From NCBI GenBank assembly GCA_030704615.1, contig CM060734.1, positions 62,496,001 through 62,560,000 of the forward strand: a stretch of 64,000 nt of DNA. Reading direction: 5' to 3'. Below are positions 47,901 through 61,689 of the stretch, one piece after another. Each line of letters starts with the position of its first letter. Position 1 is the stretch's first letter. The translations under genes were made by a program, and so were the position numbers. The notes under the pieces were generated by a model that saw only the letters and a program-made list of their open reading frames with translations, did no database searches and was not told the origin of the DNA. Source of the stretch: Takakia lepidozioides. Lineage: Eukaryota; Plantae; Bryophyta.

Positions 47901-49123
47901 GGCCATAAAGACAGCAATTTACAATGGATCTCTGAAAGAAATGATGGACAATGATTGTATGGCGACACAAGATCAGCAAGGCAGTCTTGTCTCAGGATGC
48001 AAATGTTCATTTTGTAGATCGGGATCAAACCTGGTGCACTGGATACAGCGGGTCATGATCGTCTTCACTAGAGGCCCTAGATTCTTATCCAAGACAGTCC
48101 GTTTTGTTTCAGTGAATCTGCTGCGGTCGGATCCAAAAACCATTGATTGATCCTGTAGGTCGCATTCTCCCCCCTGATCGCATATGGGACAGTCCAAGGG
48201 ATGATTAATCAACAAAAACTCCATCACGCCCTCCCTTGCCTTTTTACACAACGGAGTATCTGTCTTGATTTTCATACCTGCCAAGCAGACCCAGCTCCAC
48301 GTCAACATATTTCCCTTTGCTTCACAGGCGGATACTACCGAGCAATAACCTTGAAGGGACAACGGGAAAGTCAACATCTGGCCCCAAAGAAAGGAAGCAA
48401 TTTAGAGGTCTCCATTGAAAGGAAGGGAGAACAACAAAGAGAGAGGGCTGGCAAACAGCAGGGATGTGAGTAAACCTCCAGAGAGAAGATAATTAACAGA
48501 TATTAGCTGTACAGACCTGGAAGGGCAGGCATCGCACAAGATGCTACAGGCTTGGGAGTCTTCTCAACTTCAACAAGGCACATGCGACAATTCCCCGCAA
48601 TGGAGAGGCGGCTATGATAGCAGAACCTGGGGATGATCACTCCTCCTAATTCACAAGCCTGAAGCACTGTCATGCCTTTGGGGACCTGCACTGCCTGTCC
48701 ATCCACACTCACTTCTATCATCTCCTCTGCCTTCGCCACTTTCGCCCCTACTGCCGGCAGAGCCGCACTGTGCGCGTACCGCAAACCTCCCCGACGCAGA
48801 GCAGCACCCACAACCATGCCACTTACATCGCGTGCTACTCCTCGCACCCTGCCTTCGACTGCACCTCGTAATCCTGAAATTGAGGTGCTCCTGTCATGGC
48901 ATCCATCATCTGGCCCCAACCCACTTCTTCCTGCATGGTGAATATGACGGAGTGCTTGCAAGCTTGACGGTGAGGAAGGCCTACAATCACATAATGCCAA
49001 TCTTTGACGAAACTGATGTAATGAGCCCTTCAAACAGTCCAAGGAATCAACGACATGCTTAGCTTCAGCATGAGCCTGCAGGAATGTGATGGTCTTGCGA
49101 CCCCTCCAACCCATCTTCCACAT
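44908..49123 (-). CDS. NDUFS1: Mitochondrial complex I 75-kDa Fe-S subunit; exons 49123-48517, 48277-48031, 47614-47320, 46745-46371, 45816-44908 (start codon uncertain)
   Basis: [104 protein letters not shown]; phase-compatible GT-AG introns. Confidence 0.96.
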
Positions 49124-49455
49124 TGTCTGCCGATCGGCCTCGGGGTCTGGTCGCTGGTGACGACGATCGTTAAGAGCTTGGATGGCTTAGTGTGTGGAGC
49201 TCGGATGCCTTGGATGGCTCATGCCTGCGCCACAACATGGAGCCTGACCACGTCTACGGTCTCTGCTCTGTCTGCGCTCTCTCTACTCACCCTTGGCACG
49301 ACCTTCCTCGTCCCACATACTTAAGTACGACTGTTGCCACAAAACGCTCTCATGTCGCCAAAGCACGCAGGCAGGCCATACAGGGAACCCTAGCTTTGCT
49401 GTCCGCCCCCATCACTCTTTTCTACATATGAGTTTTTTACCATCAGTAGATCTGC

Positions 49456-50504
49456 ACTTGAGCAGGTAGCCCAGTGGTCGAGTGTTCGTATTGCTTGCCT
49501 GTGCGTAACCTGGGTGATCCTGGGTTCAATCCTTCAACTTGTTGTGCCTTCAGACGGTCCATTGGGCCCTCCATGGCCTGTGTGTTGAGCAGTAGTGTAG
49601 GCTCTATAGGCTCTATAAATTCACTGGACGGTTAACCCCTAATGGACGAGGCAGTTTTTGGTGGGCCCCCTCCAAAACAGGATATACCCTCACGGATGAG
49701 GGTATATCTCTCAGGAAACTAACATCCACAGGGATGAACCGTATGAATGGGAGGCTACCTACTTCATCCAGCTTCTGTGAAAATTTCAGCTCATTCCATC
49801 CTGTCGTTTGGAAGATTATAAGAAATTTGCAAGCCCAAAATTTGGGGGTACTCTCCAAATTTAGAGTGGAAAAATAGTTTGACCAGGAAATTGGATCGAC
49901 AAAATATTTTTTCCTCGCAAGACCCCGTCCAGATTCCAATTATGTGGCATCTAAAGCATGTTGCCCCAAAATTTCAAAGCAGAATTCTAAAATCTTGATA
50001 AGGTTGCTTTGTATGGAAAAAAAGGGGGGTCAAAAATACACCATGAAGCTCAAATGACATGTATTTCAGGCTTAGGAGGTCGAAATTTCCTTGGAATCTC
50101 AATTGCTGCGGTGAAAGTGTTCCTTGAATGATGAACTACTACCTTCAAAAAGAAATTCAGAATTCTAACAAAAATTCAGGCAAAGATTTGCATTTGTTTC
50201 CATTTGCACTTTTGCCTTGTTGTCACCCCTTCAGCCTGCCACATCACTAAGTCAAACCTGCTGGACAACCAATTTTGGGCACCCTTGCACACTAAAAAAA
50301 TTACTGATGGCATGACTTTCATTATTTTAGGGTGCCATAAAGACGGGCAGGTGCGTGACATCAAGGTGCACAACTTTCGTTCAGAAAGTTTTTTCATCCA
50401 AGGTCATCCAACGATTTGCCATCGTGGATGATTTTTCACGTGACCTTGACGCGACCCGAAATGGGTGGCCTCGTCCATTAGGGGTTAAGCAAACTTTATC
50501 TTTA
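49456..50504 (+). mobile_element. tRNA-derived SINE (body 49456-49635, tail 50485-50504) interrupted by a MITE
   Basis: Pol III box A TAGCCCAGTGG (49467-49477), box B GGTTCAATCC (49523-49532); homologous to 62306-62490; CTTTATCTTTA tail resumes after the MITE. Confidence 0.82.
49636..50484. mobile_element. TTAA-flanked MITE family B (piggyBac-like), 849 bp
   Basis: TTAA|CCCCTAATGGACGAGGC ... GCCTCGTCCATTAGGGG|TTAA; perfect 17-bp TIR. Uninterrupted SINE copies show a single TTAA at this site. Confidence 0.9.
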
Positions 50505-50574
50505 CTAACATTTGGTTTTTCTACATTTTCCAGACCACCAATTATGGAGTAAAAACAGCTTCGTTGAAAAGAAG

Positions 50575-51410
50575 GCGTTTTTTGGCTGGCGAATTTGCGC
50601 CAAATTTTGACCTCAGAAAAAATAAATAAAAAATAATATATATATATATATATTCTGTCGCAAATTCCCTGGTTTTTCATGGATGAAATCGCCAAATTTC
50701 TCCAAATGAAAAATAAATTACGGATGGATTCGCCAAATATGGAGGATATAAATGGATTTATGAAATGGATGATTCTGTCCTAATTTCAATGGATGAACAG
50801 AATGTATGGCTATTTTTTGCCAAACTCTGTAGCCACTCGTGGCCTTTTTCAAATTCGAGAAAAAAAACACTTCAAACCTGGGGGAAAAAACAAAAATAAA
50901 AAACCCAGGAGCTACTGCTCGAAATTCAGGCCCTTGAGGAGGGGGAAAAATTAACCCCCTTTCATATAAGCGATTGGGCATGCACACAAGGGGATTGGTA
51001 TGGCTTGCACAACATAAGCAGAAACGGTGTGCGCAGAAAAAAAAACCCCGTGAGCAGAATGGGGGTGGTATGTATGCAAGCAAAAATACATATAGTAGAC
51101 GGACATAGGGTCTTTCTGCGTCAACGGGTCTACATCAGCGTTTTTCTTTTGGCGAATTTTCGCCAAATGGCGACCTCAAAAAATAGAAAAGAATATTCCA
51201 TGAGCAAATTCCATGTTTTTTCATGGATGAAATCGCCAAATTTCTCCAAAAATAATAATTTTTATGGATGAATTCGCCAAATATGGATGATCTGAATGGA
51301 TGAAAGTACAGATTTGGATGATTCTGTCCTACTTTGAATGGATGAATAGAGTATATGCCTAATTTTTGCAAAACTCTGTAGCCACTCGTGCTATTTTTCG
51401 AATTTAAAAA
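50575..51410 (+). repeat. Two dispersed copies of a roughly 270-bp AT-rich repeat (about 50575-50850 and 51136-51410)
   Basis: Shared GGCGAATTT-CGCCAAA, TTTTTCATGGATGAAATCGCCAAATTTCTCCAAA and CAAACTCTGTAGCCACTCGTG. Confidence 0.75.
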
Positions 51411-52277
51411 AAAAACTCTGGTCTACATGGTGTGTGAATATAATTTTAAACATATAAAAAAGAACCACATGCTCAGTAAAGATAATTTCAACCATGACAT
51501 TGATTGCCTAAAAACTAGAGCATGAAAGGGAGAAAACCAAAAGGAAAAAAAGTTAATAAAGTTTTACAGGGCTACAATCAATCCCCCTGTTCTCTTGTTT
51601 AAAAAAAAATTTAAAAAGAAAAAACCCAATTTGCTGGCGAAACCCAATTTTTGGTATACTGGTATACTCTCCCCCTTCCCTGGGCGGTAGTCCCATTTTT
51701 CAGCAGGGTTACAACTGCGAAAGAGGTTATTTTTTCTTCTCTCACTATCAAGGGGCCTGGTTACTAATATTTGTCTATATGAAAGTTCATACATTCACTA
51801 TTGTCTATAGACAATTGGAAATTAGTCCTAGTCACATGGTTTGCAATGTCTAGTTGCGATTACAGTTTTGATGGGTGTCATTTTGAACATGTGTTGGGAT
51901 CACTGATGATATATCCTCACATATGGGACCGGATGTTGAGAGATTAGGGATGATTGGCTCGTAATTATCACTTTTACTTGGCAAAGTAGGAGAAGTAGAG
52001 AAAAGTATTTGAAGTGGGTTTTGCGAAACAAACTGATCGCCTGCTGATATCATAATGTCTGTGTTATATTTGACCAAACTAATATTCGTCTTTGCAAATT
52101 CAATGCCCAAAGGACATCTTCTTTTGGCCTACCCTCCTTTTGAACTTGAGTGTAAGTACTACTCGGAATCTTGGTTTCCTTGCAACCGGAGCTACAATTC
52201 GGCTGTGTGAGTTGTGTGGTGGGGCAAGGATTTGAGCTGTAGAGTCGGTTTGCAGGTGACCTGTAGCTGGAGTTCAC

Positions 52278-55200
52278 ATGGCAAGCTGTGGGCTGCTCTT
52301 GTTATCTCCCCCATGGGTCCCGCTGCCTCTGAGGCCTTCTCGCATGAGAGACACAAGCAATGTCGGACGCCTGGATGCACAGTGCCTTTGCGGGTTTGTG
52401 ACAAGCAGAGGGGTAATTAGGCTTGAAGGCTTCCAAATCCCGTACCGCAGGTGGGGCAACCCACGGACCACCAGGGCCAGCACTGAAGAGAATTTGGAGA
52501 CTTCTAATGTAAGTTGTTGCCTTCTTTGTAGTGTATTATTTGCGGGGTTTGGATCATCTCCTTTCCCTCAATCTTAAATTCTTCTTATAGCACTTTCTGT
52601 CTGGGCGTTATAAAGCCCCTTTCCCTGTCTTTCTTTCTGTTACCTCCGCTTGTGGCTAGATGTTACCAAGCTCAAACTAAAAAATTGCGTTCTGATTCTT
52701 TGCGCCGACCAGGGAGGGGTTTTATGCTTCGGTGTCTATGTCTAGCTATGAAATCTGTGTGATAGCCTGACGGTCCTGCTTCCATTTACCTGACATTATG
52801 TACTTGAATCACCAGATGAACGTTCTGATGACATTCCAATCACCTTCTCTGCAAACGGAATATCATTCAGCTCAATCGTATGTAAATGGAGAAGAGAAGA
52901 TTGTTTATCAGCCTTGAAAATTCATCTTTTTGAAAATCTGGCAGATTTGAAACCTATCCCTCTTTATCGCAGGATGGTTCTTTAATCGTCACTACGTTGA
53001 ATTGAAAAGTGTTGTCTGTATGAGCTCGTACAGAGTTTCCTCCCACTCTTCGACCGTGAGTATGGAACTGCGATAGCCCTCTCAAAGTGAAATGCAATCC
53101 ACTTGAACGATTCAACTTCACTCGTGCTCGATGAGATGGTTTATTTGAGTGAGCCGCCGAATGGACTGAGGCAATGTCAAGCCTACCGTCAAAGAAGGTG
53201 TACTTGTAAAGCCCCAGTCACAGGTCAAGGTTAAAGAGTATTCTGGGGGACTGGGCCTTCTTCTCAGTGAAAACCTGAGAGAAAGTGAGAGAAGAAGGGA
53301 ACTTTATAATAGAGGGAAGGATGGGGAGTGGGATGGGAGATAGAGTTAGAAAGACAGAGTGATGTAATCAGACTCTTGTAAAATTGTGGCCATACACCTT
53401 GCGCCCAATTTGGACTGGACAGAAAGGAAGTTAAGGGAAGGAGAAACCGTGTATATGTTGTGCTAATGATTTGAAGACAGAACAATTTATCGTGAAATAG
53501 TTGATATCTCCTTTTTTTTTCACATGCCATACTTTTCTGGTGACTGGTGCAGGGTCCTGTAACAACATCAACCTCTGAGAATGAGAAAGAGGAGTTGGCA
53601 TTAAAGGTACTGTCTTGTCTCTGTAGGCGCTTGTCTCTTTTTATTCCTTGATATTGGTTATTTGTTCATTCTCTGTAACTCTGTTATATTGGCACAGGGA
53701 GGGCTTGTAGAACAAAACGGGTATGTGAGGAAAGGATAAAGAGGAGAGAGAGTTTTTTTTTTGAGAAGACGCTTATGTACATAGTAGGCTTGGAATAGTC
53801 TGGAATAGGCATGGGTTTGGAGTTATATTCCTAATTTTGCTGGAATAGTCCTCGCATTGTTAGAGTGTTGATGCACAACTGGCATGCACATCCTATCAGA
53901 GAGTGTGGCATTGCTACTACTAGAGCACGCTAACAGACATGAATTATTTGGCTGTGATTGCAATGCCAGCCACACTGGACACAACAAAGCGTCAGGTAGG
54001 GAAAGTGGACACACAAAGCGTTGGACACACAAAGCGTCAAGGTAGGGAAAGAAAGGAATTTCAGGAGCAGCCGCAAGAGCAGCCGCAATGCTGCAGACCT
54101 GTCCAAGCTGAAGCCAGGCATTCCTGAGAAGCGAATCGATGGAACAGGCTATCGAGAAACCATTTTTTCAGGCCGGGGCAATACCACTGGTTAGTGTGTG
54201 TTCTCTTCCTCCTTCAAGAAAAATTCGTTTTTATTTCTCCTCTTGCACTTTCTTTGGTAAATGGGGTAGGTGCAGATCGTTGTACTGGGTAATTGCAGGA
54301 GAAACAAAGAAAGATGTAAGGTTTACGACAAGCCCACAAAACTTATGGCAAAAACATGCAGGGAAGATGTAGGAGCAAGGAACGGAATGAATCTTTATAA
54401 AGAAGAATGAGACAAAAGAAGAATGATATGAGAAAGAAGAGGGGCACTCAACTAGCAGCCCAAAAACCCACTATTCAACATCCAGAGATTCTCTATGGTG
54501 GAGTAGCCAGGCATTTCTGGTCCTCATAATGAAAGATCTCAGCAAGATATTGGTTGTCCTGAAATAGGCAATAGTATGGACCCCGGATTTCATTATAGAG
54601 AGGACACTGACAGAAAAATTGTTCTCCAGTCTCAATCGTCCGTCTGTCTTCTCTAGCTCAAGCCAGGGACAAGTTGTCAACGCGCTCCAGGTTCCCATCT
54701 ACCAGTCTATATCCACAGGCTCTGTGAGCTAACGCCAATGCCCATAGAAGAGACAGAATCACTGATTGTGTTGGAGCTCCATCAGAAGGCACCCCTAAGC
54801 CAATGTAACCCTCCAAGGCACATCCCAAAGCGAGCAAGAAAGGAAACTTTGTAATGTCCACTGGAAACCAAGGAACTTATAGGATAAGAACAAATCAACT
54901 GAAAATCAGGCTCAAATCATTCCGTGAAGTTGGAGCACCTTTTGAAGAATGTACTCGTAAGACATTGTTTGCCATAGCCTGAGTACCTTTTGAAGGTGAG
55001 CTACGAAGCATCTCTGGTCTTTGTATCCAACTGCCTTTAGCACGGATGAGCAGCCTCTGGTAACATAGCATCTCCCTGTTATTATACACAGGACAGGAAA
55101 GGAAGAATGATGTTCTCTCCATGAATTGCAAGCTGAGTGCAGTATAATAAGCCAGTTGCGCGTTGCACTCTGGAGATTGTATGAATTAACTCTAAAAGTC

Positions 55201-58200
55201 CCCAAGCCCCACTGACTGATGTGGTATCTGAGGACGAGGAGAACCTCAAGAAAATACCAGAATCATAATAAATTAGGAAAAAAATATCAAGGTAACATGG
55301 TAGATAATTAGTAAGGCGCCAAGATGTGGTGACCCCTATGAAGGCATCCTTGTAGAACTCAGCAAGCTCATGACATCCACAGAAATCCGCAAGAGCTTAT
55401 GGGACAGGAACGCATAACACACATAACAAGCCTAAATCATCAAGAGACTTTCTTATGAGTCACGCTTTGCCAGTACACATATATCATTTCTGTTTGGCAA
55501 CCGTCCTTGGCCTATTGGACGAATTTCGTTTCATCTCATATTCCTCTGGGACCTCTTAGATGCTATTCAACCTGAGGAATCCATCTCCTCCTCTTTGCTT
55601 TCTCTGTACTAGGCTATGGTGTTCTAATTGTAAGAGAAACATTGCTTTAACTGGTTTTTCATACCCAACACGTGAAAGTGAGTCTCAATGGAAGAAATAA
55701 AAGGTTGAATACAAGGAAGAATCATTCAAATATAGATGGATCTTCTACAAGTTGAGTGGTTGAGCAAAGTCTGCATGCCACTTCTTTTGCCGTGTACTGG
55801 ATGTTAGGGACGCCCGAGCAGCAGCCAAGTAAGTGGGGTCTATCAGAAGCAGAGCTGTTTTTGTCAAAGGGGGCACCCACAGAAGGGACGGGCTTAGGAG
55901 GAGAGGCCATGGAGCCAGGCACTAGTGAGATTGTCTCTCGACGCTTGGCTATAGGAATTGGGCTCACGGTGCTTGCAGTTGGGTTAGCTTTTGTGAGTCA
56001 TTCGCCCCTATTTTGCTGTTTGGTGTAATAGGTAATGGGCATCCTTCTGTCCCTTCTCATTATCTCTATGAGAATATTCCATCTGAGCTGGATATATTTC
56101 AAATCATGGTGATTCCACGATAAATTCTAGTAGGGTTTGTCTCCTGCCCAAATTCACAGAGAATGGCCTATGAGTACACTTCCACTCTGAGGAGGGTAGA
56201 AAGTTAAATGCTAGAGTCAACTTATCATGGCCGAATTGCTGACTTGTATGGGTATTCAGATCTCTCACCCTCCTCCTCTACTCTTTAAGAGTCAGCTTGT
56301 TGGAATCTTGCCAAGACAAATTTCTGGGTTAGTAGATTTCCAAAGCTGAACAGTAGCTTGAAAATTCTCTGAATCTGAAATGCAAGCCAGTCATGGCAGG
56401 GCTGAATTGTGCCACTTAGACTTCTTGGTATGGCTTTGTGGCCATCGATCTACACCTGGTCTAAGGGAGCAGAAATTGGGGTGAAAGGGGGAGGGAGGGT
56501 GGAGAAGAGACCTGAATGGCACTCAGTACCATCTTTAAAGCTTGCCCTGGTGGAGGGAGTCCTAAGAAGGGATATTTCATAAGGTTCCCAGGCGGGCAGA
56601 CTGTTCATGCTTGTATCTCCCATAAAGGTGACTTCCAAACAGGTAGCTCCCATATGCACTGTTCAAGGACCAGATTGAGCACAGGATTGTGTTTCTGATT
56701 TTGTATTTTGGAGAACAGCAGCAGGAAAAACAATTGGGTGGCCTTTTTCTAAGACCACTGAGTGTATGATCCTGGATTGGGTGTGGACATAGTTCAAGCT
56801 GCCAACAGGCAGACCTTCCAAGCCTCTCTTCTTGTATATGGTGTCCATTCTCCGGCTACAAGAGCAACTTAAGTCCTTGGAAGATTCCGCATCCGGTAAA
56901 CCAAATTCACAGACTTTTCTTGGTTTGTTGGAAAGACCATTTCGGGAGGCTTTTGCTCCCTGAACGGGACCCCTGTTTTTTTGGTTTGTTCAGATCTTGC
57001 AGACTCACTCAGTTGAGTGTTGAATTATATTGGATTTATTCTAGGGAAGTATTTGTTTTTCTTCTGGGTGTTTTATTTCATCTGATCTCCATTGTATGAT
57101 CTACATGGCCCGACAACAGATGTACTTATCTCGCATTATGAAAATCAGGGAACGTTAGAAATTCACTTCCTTTCTTGGTTCATGCCTTCTTGTCTTTGAG
57201 TTTTCTGCAGACGTTATAAATTATCATTACATTTGATTTCGTCACGAAGTCTGTTTTGCGGATGGGCTGCAGACGCTGATGTGGTGCGGAAACAATTGCA
57301 ACGGGCTGGAACTCCAGAGGAAATAAAGAACAATTTTCTTAGGTTGGACCCTCAGTGCCTATTTTTCTTCACTTTGTATGAGCAATATCTTCTCTCTGTG
57401 CTGTGCTGCTTATCAAGGATCAATGGACTTTGTTTCTTGTTACATAGCACTCCCGACCCAGTTGCAATGTTTTCTGGGTATATGCAGTGCGGCGGCATGG
57501 CTGGATGGAGAAGAATCGGAGCGAGCCTCCTCCCTTGCCTACAACATATTTGAGTACCTTGATCAGGTTACCCCTGCATACCTCCTCCTTATTTCTCAAT
57601 GTGGATGCCCACTGGGATAGTTGAGTGCAAATGTCTTTTCATTTTAGGTTTGGCTAATGTTCCATTGCTACTCAGAGGGGCCATCTGCCATGGCAGATTG
57701 CCCTCGGAAGAAAGCTGTGCATTGGAGTTCATTCAAAATGGCATGCAAAGCTGGTGCTTGAGTTCGGATTGCAAATGGAACTCCAGAGGAAATAAAAAGC
57801 TGGTGCTTGAGTTCGGATTGCAAATGGAACTCCAGAGGAAATAAAGAACAAGTGATCATGCCCTATTTCCCATATGGACTGATCTTTCCTAACAAGGATC
57901 ATGGACTGGTGTTCATAGCACTTTGCTGTTTCTAATATGATGCGGCCCAACTTTTGTGAACCTGATCAGGCTTGTACCTCCTCATTTCTCAATGTAACAA
58001 TAGCGCAATTTTTTCTGGGTGCCAGGCAGACTACACCAAATACTTTGAAAGTTTGGGCCAGCCTACGCCCACTCAACAGTAATTTCCTAGGCCCGTCATG
58101 TCTGCGCATTTATAATTGTTTTCCTATGAACTGGTCCGCTTGTCAAGGGTTGTATATTTTTCAAAGCTTGTCTTGAAACCCCCATGGACATACAGATGAC

Positions 58201-59355
58201 AAAAAAAAGGACAGGGAGGAGGCGGAAAGGGGGATTGTATACCCCCATCAATGTCCACGCATGTGATCTGGGCTGTAAGGGGAAAAACTGACTGTTGTCA
58301 TAGCCCACTACGTGCAGTGAGTACTGCATCCAATGGGATGTTATTCCTTTGTCTATTCTTGTTTCGAAACTGCAATGAGCAGCAGGATCTGCATCACTTT
58401 GCTTCTAAGTTCTTTTCAAAAGGTTCAAAATTCCTGGTGTTGTGGGAGTAGATCTTCTGTTGGTGCGCTTCTTCGTTATGAGTAGTCAATGAAGTGTCCT
58501 TGGTCCACGCCCTCTCATGACCTTGCTTTCTTCCAATGAGGTTGTTAGATGACGTCTTCATATTGTTGGAGGACCCCATGGTTTGAGTGGTCCATGCTTG
58601 TAGAGGCATGTGTTCCAATGAGTGTTGCTCAGTGTATGCATTTTCTCCCTCTGCAGGGTTGAGTTTTCTCAATTCAGTCTGCAGTCGATCAAGGTGGGTG
58701 CTGTTTTGATCTGAACCTTTATAAACCACAGGTCAATGAATCTCTGTTTCAGGAGGCCTCTGACATCATTGTACGTCATTTTCTTGTATTATTCTGGCAG
58801 AAATGCCTTGCTCTAGACCTAACCATACAAGGGGGTTTACGGGGGGAATGAGAAGAGCATTATGGGGCCCAGCACCAAAGGGTGAAGGCTCTGTATCGTG
58901 TCCCTTTAGCACTTGCTTTTGGTTTTAGCTATCCAACCACGACATTGATTTTTCTTCTATCTGATCTCAAACAGAATATTAAGCACAAAGCAACCAAGAT
59001 ACATCAAGTTTGGTATGAGTGTTCTACTTGGCCATGGCAGTAGATGATGGAGGTGCTTGTCCAGATTTGTCGGTTCAAAAGGTTGTGGAATGTGCAGTTC
59101 ATTTCAACAAGGGTTTTTGATGTGTTTTATTAATGTTCCTTATTGCAGGCTGCCAGACAAAAGGTGGAAGAGTTTTTAACACGTATTCCCCGAGAGTTCC
59201 TTTGGACCTTCCAGTTCACTGGCAATGGGCACGCTGAAGCCCAGATTGATCTCATTCAATGTGCCCATACTAAACTTCATTTCTTAGGCTATTTGGGTCC
59301 AAATTGTGGCACTTACACATTATACATGCAGGCAATGTGCAATGAAGCTCTTTAG
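52278..59355 (+). CDS. Multi-exon gene of unknown function, probably plastid-targeted; 5' part unresolved
   Basis: Exon 52278-52508 is transit-peptide-like, then 53553-53606. Phase-consistent chain 57273-57342, 57488-57566, 58026-58078, 58657-58693, 59149-59355 gives ...GTPEEIKNNFLSAAAWLDGEESERASSLAYNIFEYLDQADYTKYFESLGQPTPTQQVEFSQFSLQSIKAARQKVEEFLTRIP.... The 53700-54189 region does not give a clean frame. Confidence 0.55.
54450..56950. mobile_element. Highly degenerate LINE-like remnants in an intron
   Basis: Only scattered L1-like motifs (FRVNS and a CRLC knuckle-like motif on -, KGYFIRF on +); no long ORF. Confidence 0.35.
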
Positions 59356-60077
59356 ATCAAAACTCTTTTTACTACTCGAATGTATGCAATTGGACTCAAA
59401 CTGGAAAATTGGATAAAGCGTTTTTCCTAATTGCATACATTTTTGCTGCAATATCACTCTACAATCTGACTCACTGACTCATAAACTGTTTATCATCTAG
59501 TCTAGTGGCACCTGTTTATTTCAGTAACTAGCAGATTGTGGGTTGATAGATTTTTGCTTGCCCTCTGGTAAGGGCAAATAGATTCGAGAATATTATTTAT
59601 CCTATTGGTAAGGGTAATGAAAATTTGATGATTTATTTATCCTCCGGGTAATTGGTAAAGGCAAATATATTTATAAGGGTAAATGATTTACCTTTTTATA
59701 TATCCACAGGGTAGATCAAGGATGCATCGAAGAATATATGATTTTTTGTGTTTATTATGCTCAACTCTATATTGCAGTGTCTTCCTGGGTCAGCCTCTAT
59801 GGCACCCTATGGTGAGGTTATTTTTTCCTCCATTGTAATCCCTGGGCATTTTGTCCACCTGCATAAGGTTCAGAGGCCTGCGTCCCTCTTCTCTAAAAAA
59901 AAACAAAAATCCAAAAAAACCAAAAGCAAAAAACTCTATATTCATTTTCTCAAGGTGGTCATTTTTGGTGTAATAGTAGGGCTGATTATATGATATTGTG
60001 AGTAATAAGAGGGATCATGATGTTACCGTGGTTTTCATCAGACCTAAGATAATAACCAAACAAAGCAAAATAAGACC

Positions 60078-60700
60078 ATGCAATGCAATAAGCTGAAACC
60101 TCAGCAGAGACACAGATACTATTGGAAGGACATTTGGTTACGTCCACGCTCGTCCAAGCTTTCAGGTTTCATTTGGAGACTGGCACACAAGATTTTTCCC
60201 TTTGGAGCCTATATCTCTGATCCTCCTCCCAGGCAGTGGAATCCCTACAATTACATGGCCTTTTTCATTGCTGTTGTGCTGCAACTGTCTGTTCTAAAGT
60301 ACGATCTTTCTATGCTCATTGGAAGGATATTCCTCCTACGTCTGTGTCTGCTGTTGAATCTGCAGGCTGGGACACTATGGCATTCATGCCAAGTTTGGTC
60401 CTCTCTTCGCTCTCTTACTCTGTGGCATATATTGAGGATCCGATGTGGCAACTGGTATGACAAGGAATATCCTTGCGTAGAGCGGTGCTTGGGAAGATCT
60501 ATTTATGATCTGTGGGTTGAGGGGAGGAAAGCTTGGGGGGTTTTGTCTGCAGCTCTTTTGCAGATGTTCTCAAACGAAACGGACCAAGCTACTTCAAGTA
60601 TTTGACGATTCATGGGGGTGGAGAAACATCATCTGCACGAGATCTGGAGACAGATGTGATTTCAACGCTGCCTTCAGCGATCAACGTTGGCCCCTCTCCC
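60078..60700 (+). mobile_element. L1 zf-RVT / 3' fragment
   Basis: WKDIWLRPRSSKLSGFIWRLAHKI, then VESLQLHGLFHCC; similar to 37170-37740. Confidence 0.7.
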
Positions 60701-60789
60701 CTGGCCTTCGCCTCTCGAATTTGAGAATGACATTAATTGGAAACACAAGAAGAACAGAATTCGAAAATTAAAGCCCATCTCAATTTTGA

Positions 60790-61110
60790 GGCTTTGAGAT
60801 CCAAGCGCTGACTCTCTTCTTGCTTCCCCCCTCTCTTCGGAATTGCTCTAGCCAGCTTTCATAGATGGCAGACCTCTCGGTCTTAGATTTATGGTCTTGA
60901 AATTTCTGATCAAACGTTTGATTTGGCTGCAGAGAATACTCCGGGGCCCATATCGAAGCAATAAACCAAGTGGACGCCAGGAGAACTTGGTTGGCTATGA
61001 GAGCTCTACCTGTGATGGTTAGTCTGGCAGAGCACCAGTAGTTCAACTTGGCTTTAAGTCTGGTTAGAATAGGAGTGAATCTCTGATGCGAAGTGAGGCT
61101 TGTACCAACC
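60790..61110 (-). mobile_element. L1 ORF2 fragment, opposite orientation
   Basis: RLKAKLNYWCSARLTITGRALIANQVLLASTWFIASIWAP, homologous to 15530-15660. Confidence 0.75.
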
Positions 61111-61689
61111 TGATGCGGTCGCTTTTGGCTGCAATTATAATGGCAATGCCAATAACGTTGACCTATGCTAAGCGCAAAGCAAATCTCCTGAGGCGAACAC
61201 GGTGACAATGATATGAATATAGAAGACTTTAGGAAAGTTGATATCCGGGGTAGCGTCCCAAAGATGTCAGCTGCATGTCTTCTTGAAGCATGATACGAAT
61301 CAGCGTTTTTTTTTTTTTGTTTTGTTTTCTCTGGAAAATAGTGAGAAATAGCCATATATTTTGTTCATTTTATTTGGAGAAGTTTGGCGATTCATCCTTG
61401 AAATAACAGCATTTGCAACAAAACAGTTTATTTACGTATTCTTTGTTTTGTTGTGGATTCGATTCTTTTTTGTATTTTTAAATCAACAAATTTAGATTTT
61501 TAGAAGGTTGTTGATCTATGCGGACATCAAAGTCTTCCACCTACAACTTTATTACCAACTACTACAACCTGATCTCAAGTATATATATGTCTCCGTTCGA
61601 AGGTTACAATAGAATACATGAGACTTGCAACCAAGCAAACACAAGCGACCTCTTTGTAATATTCCTTCGTCTTACCATTGCATTTCATC

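Noticed and set aside
49460-49540. Possible tRNA gene
   Set aside because: Has A and B boxes but no convincing cloverleaf, and continues into a shared body and repeat tail, so it is a SINE head.
55756-56028. SRRLAIGIGLTVLAVGLAF as a twin-arginine signal exon of the plastid gene
   Set aside because: Lies among LINE-like remnants, and I could not place phase-compatible splice sites.
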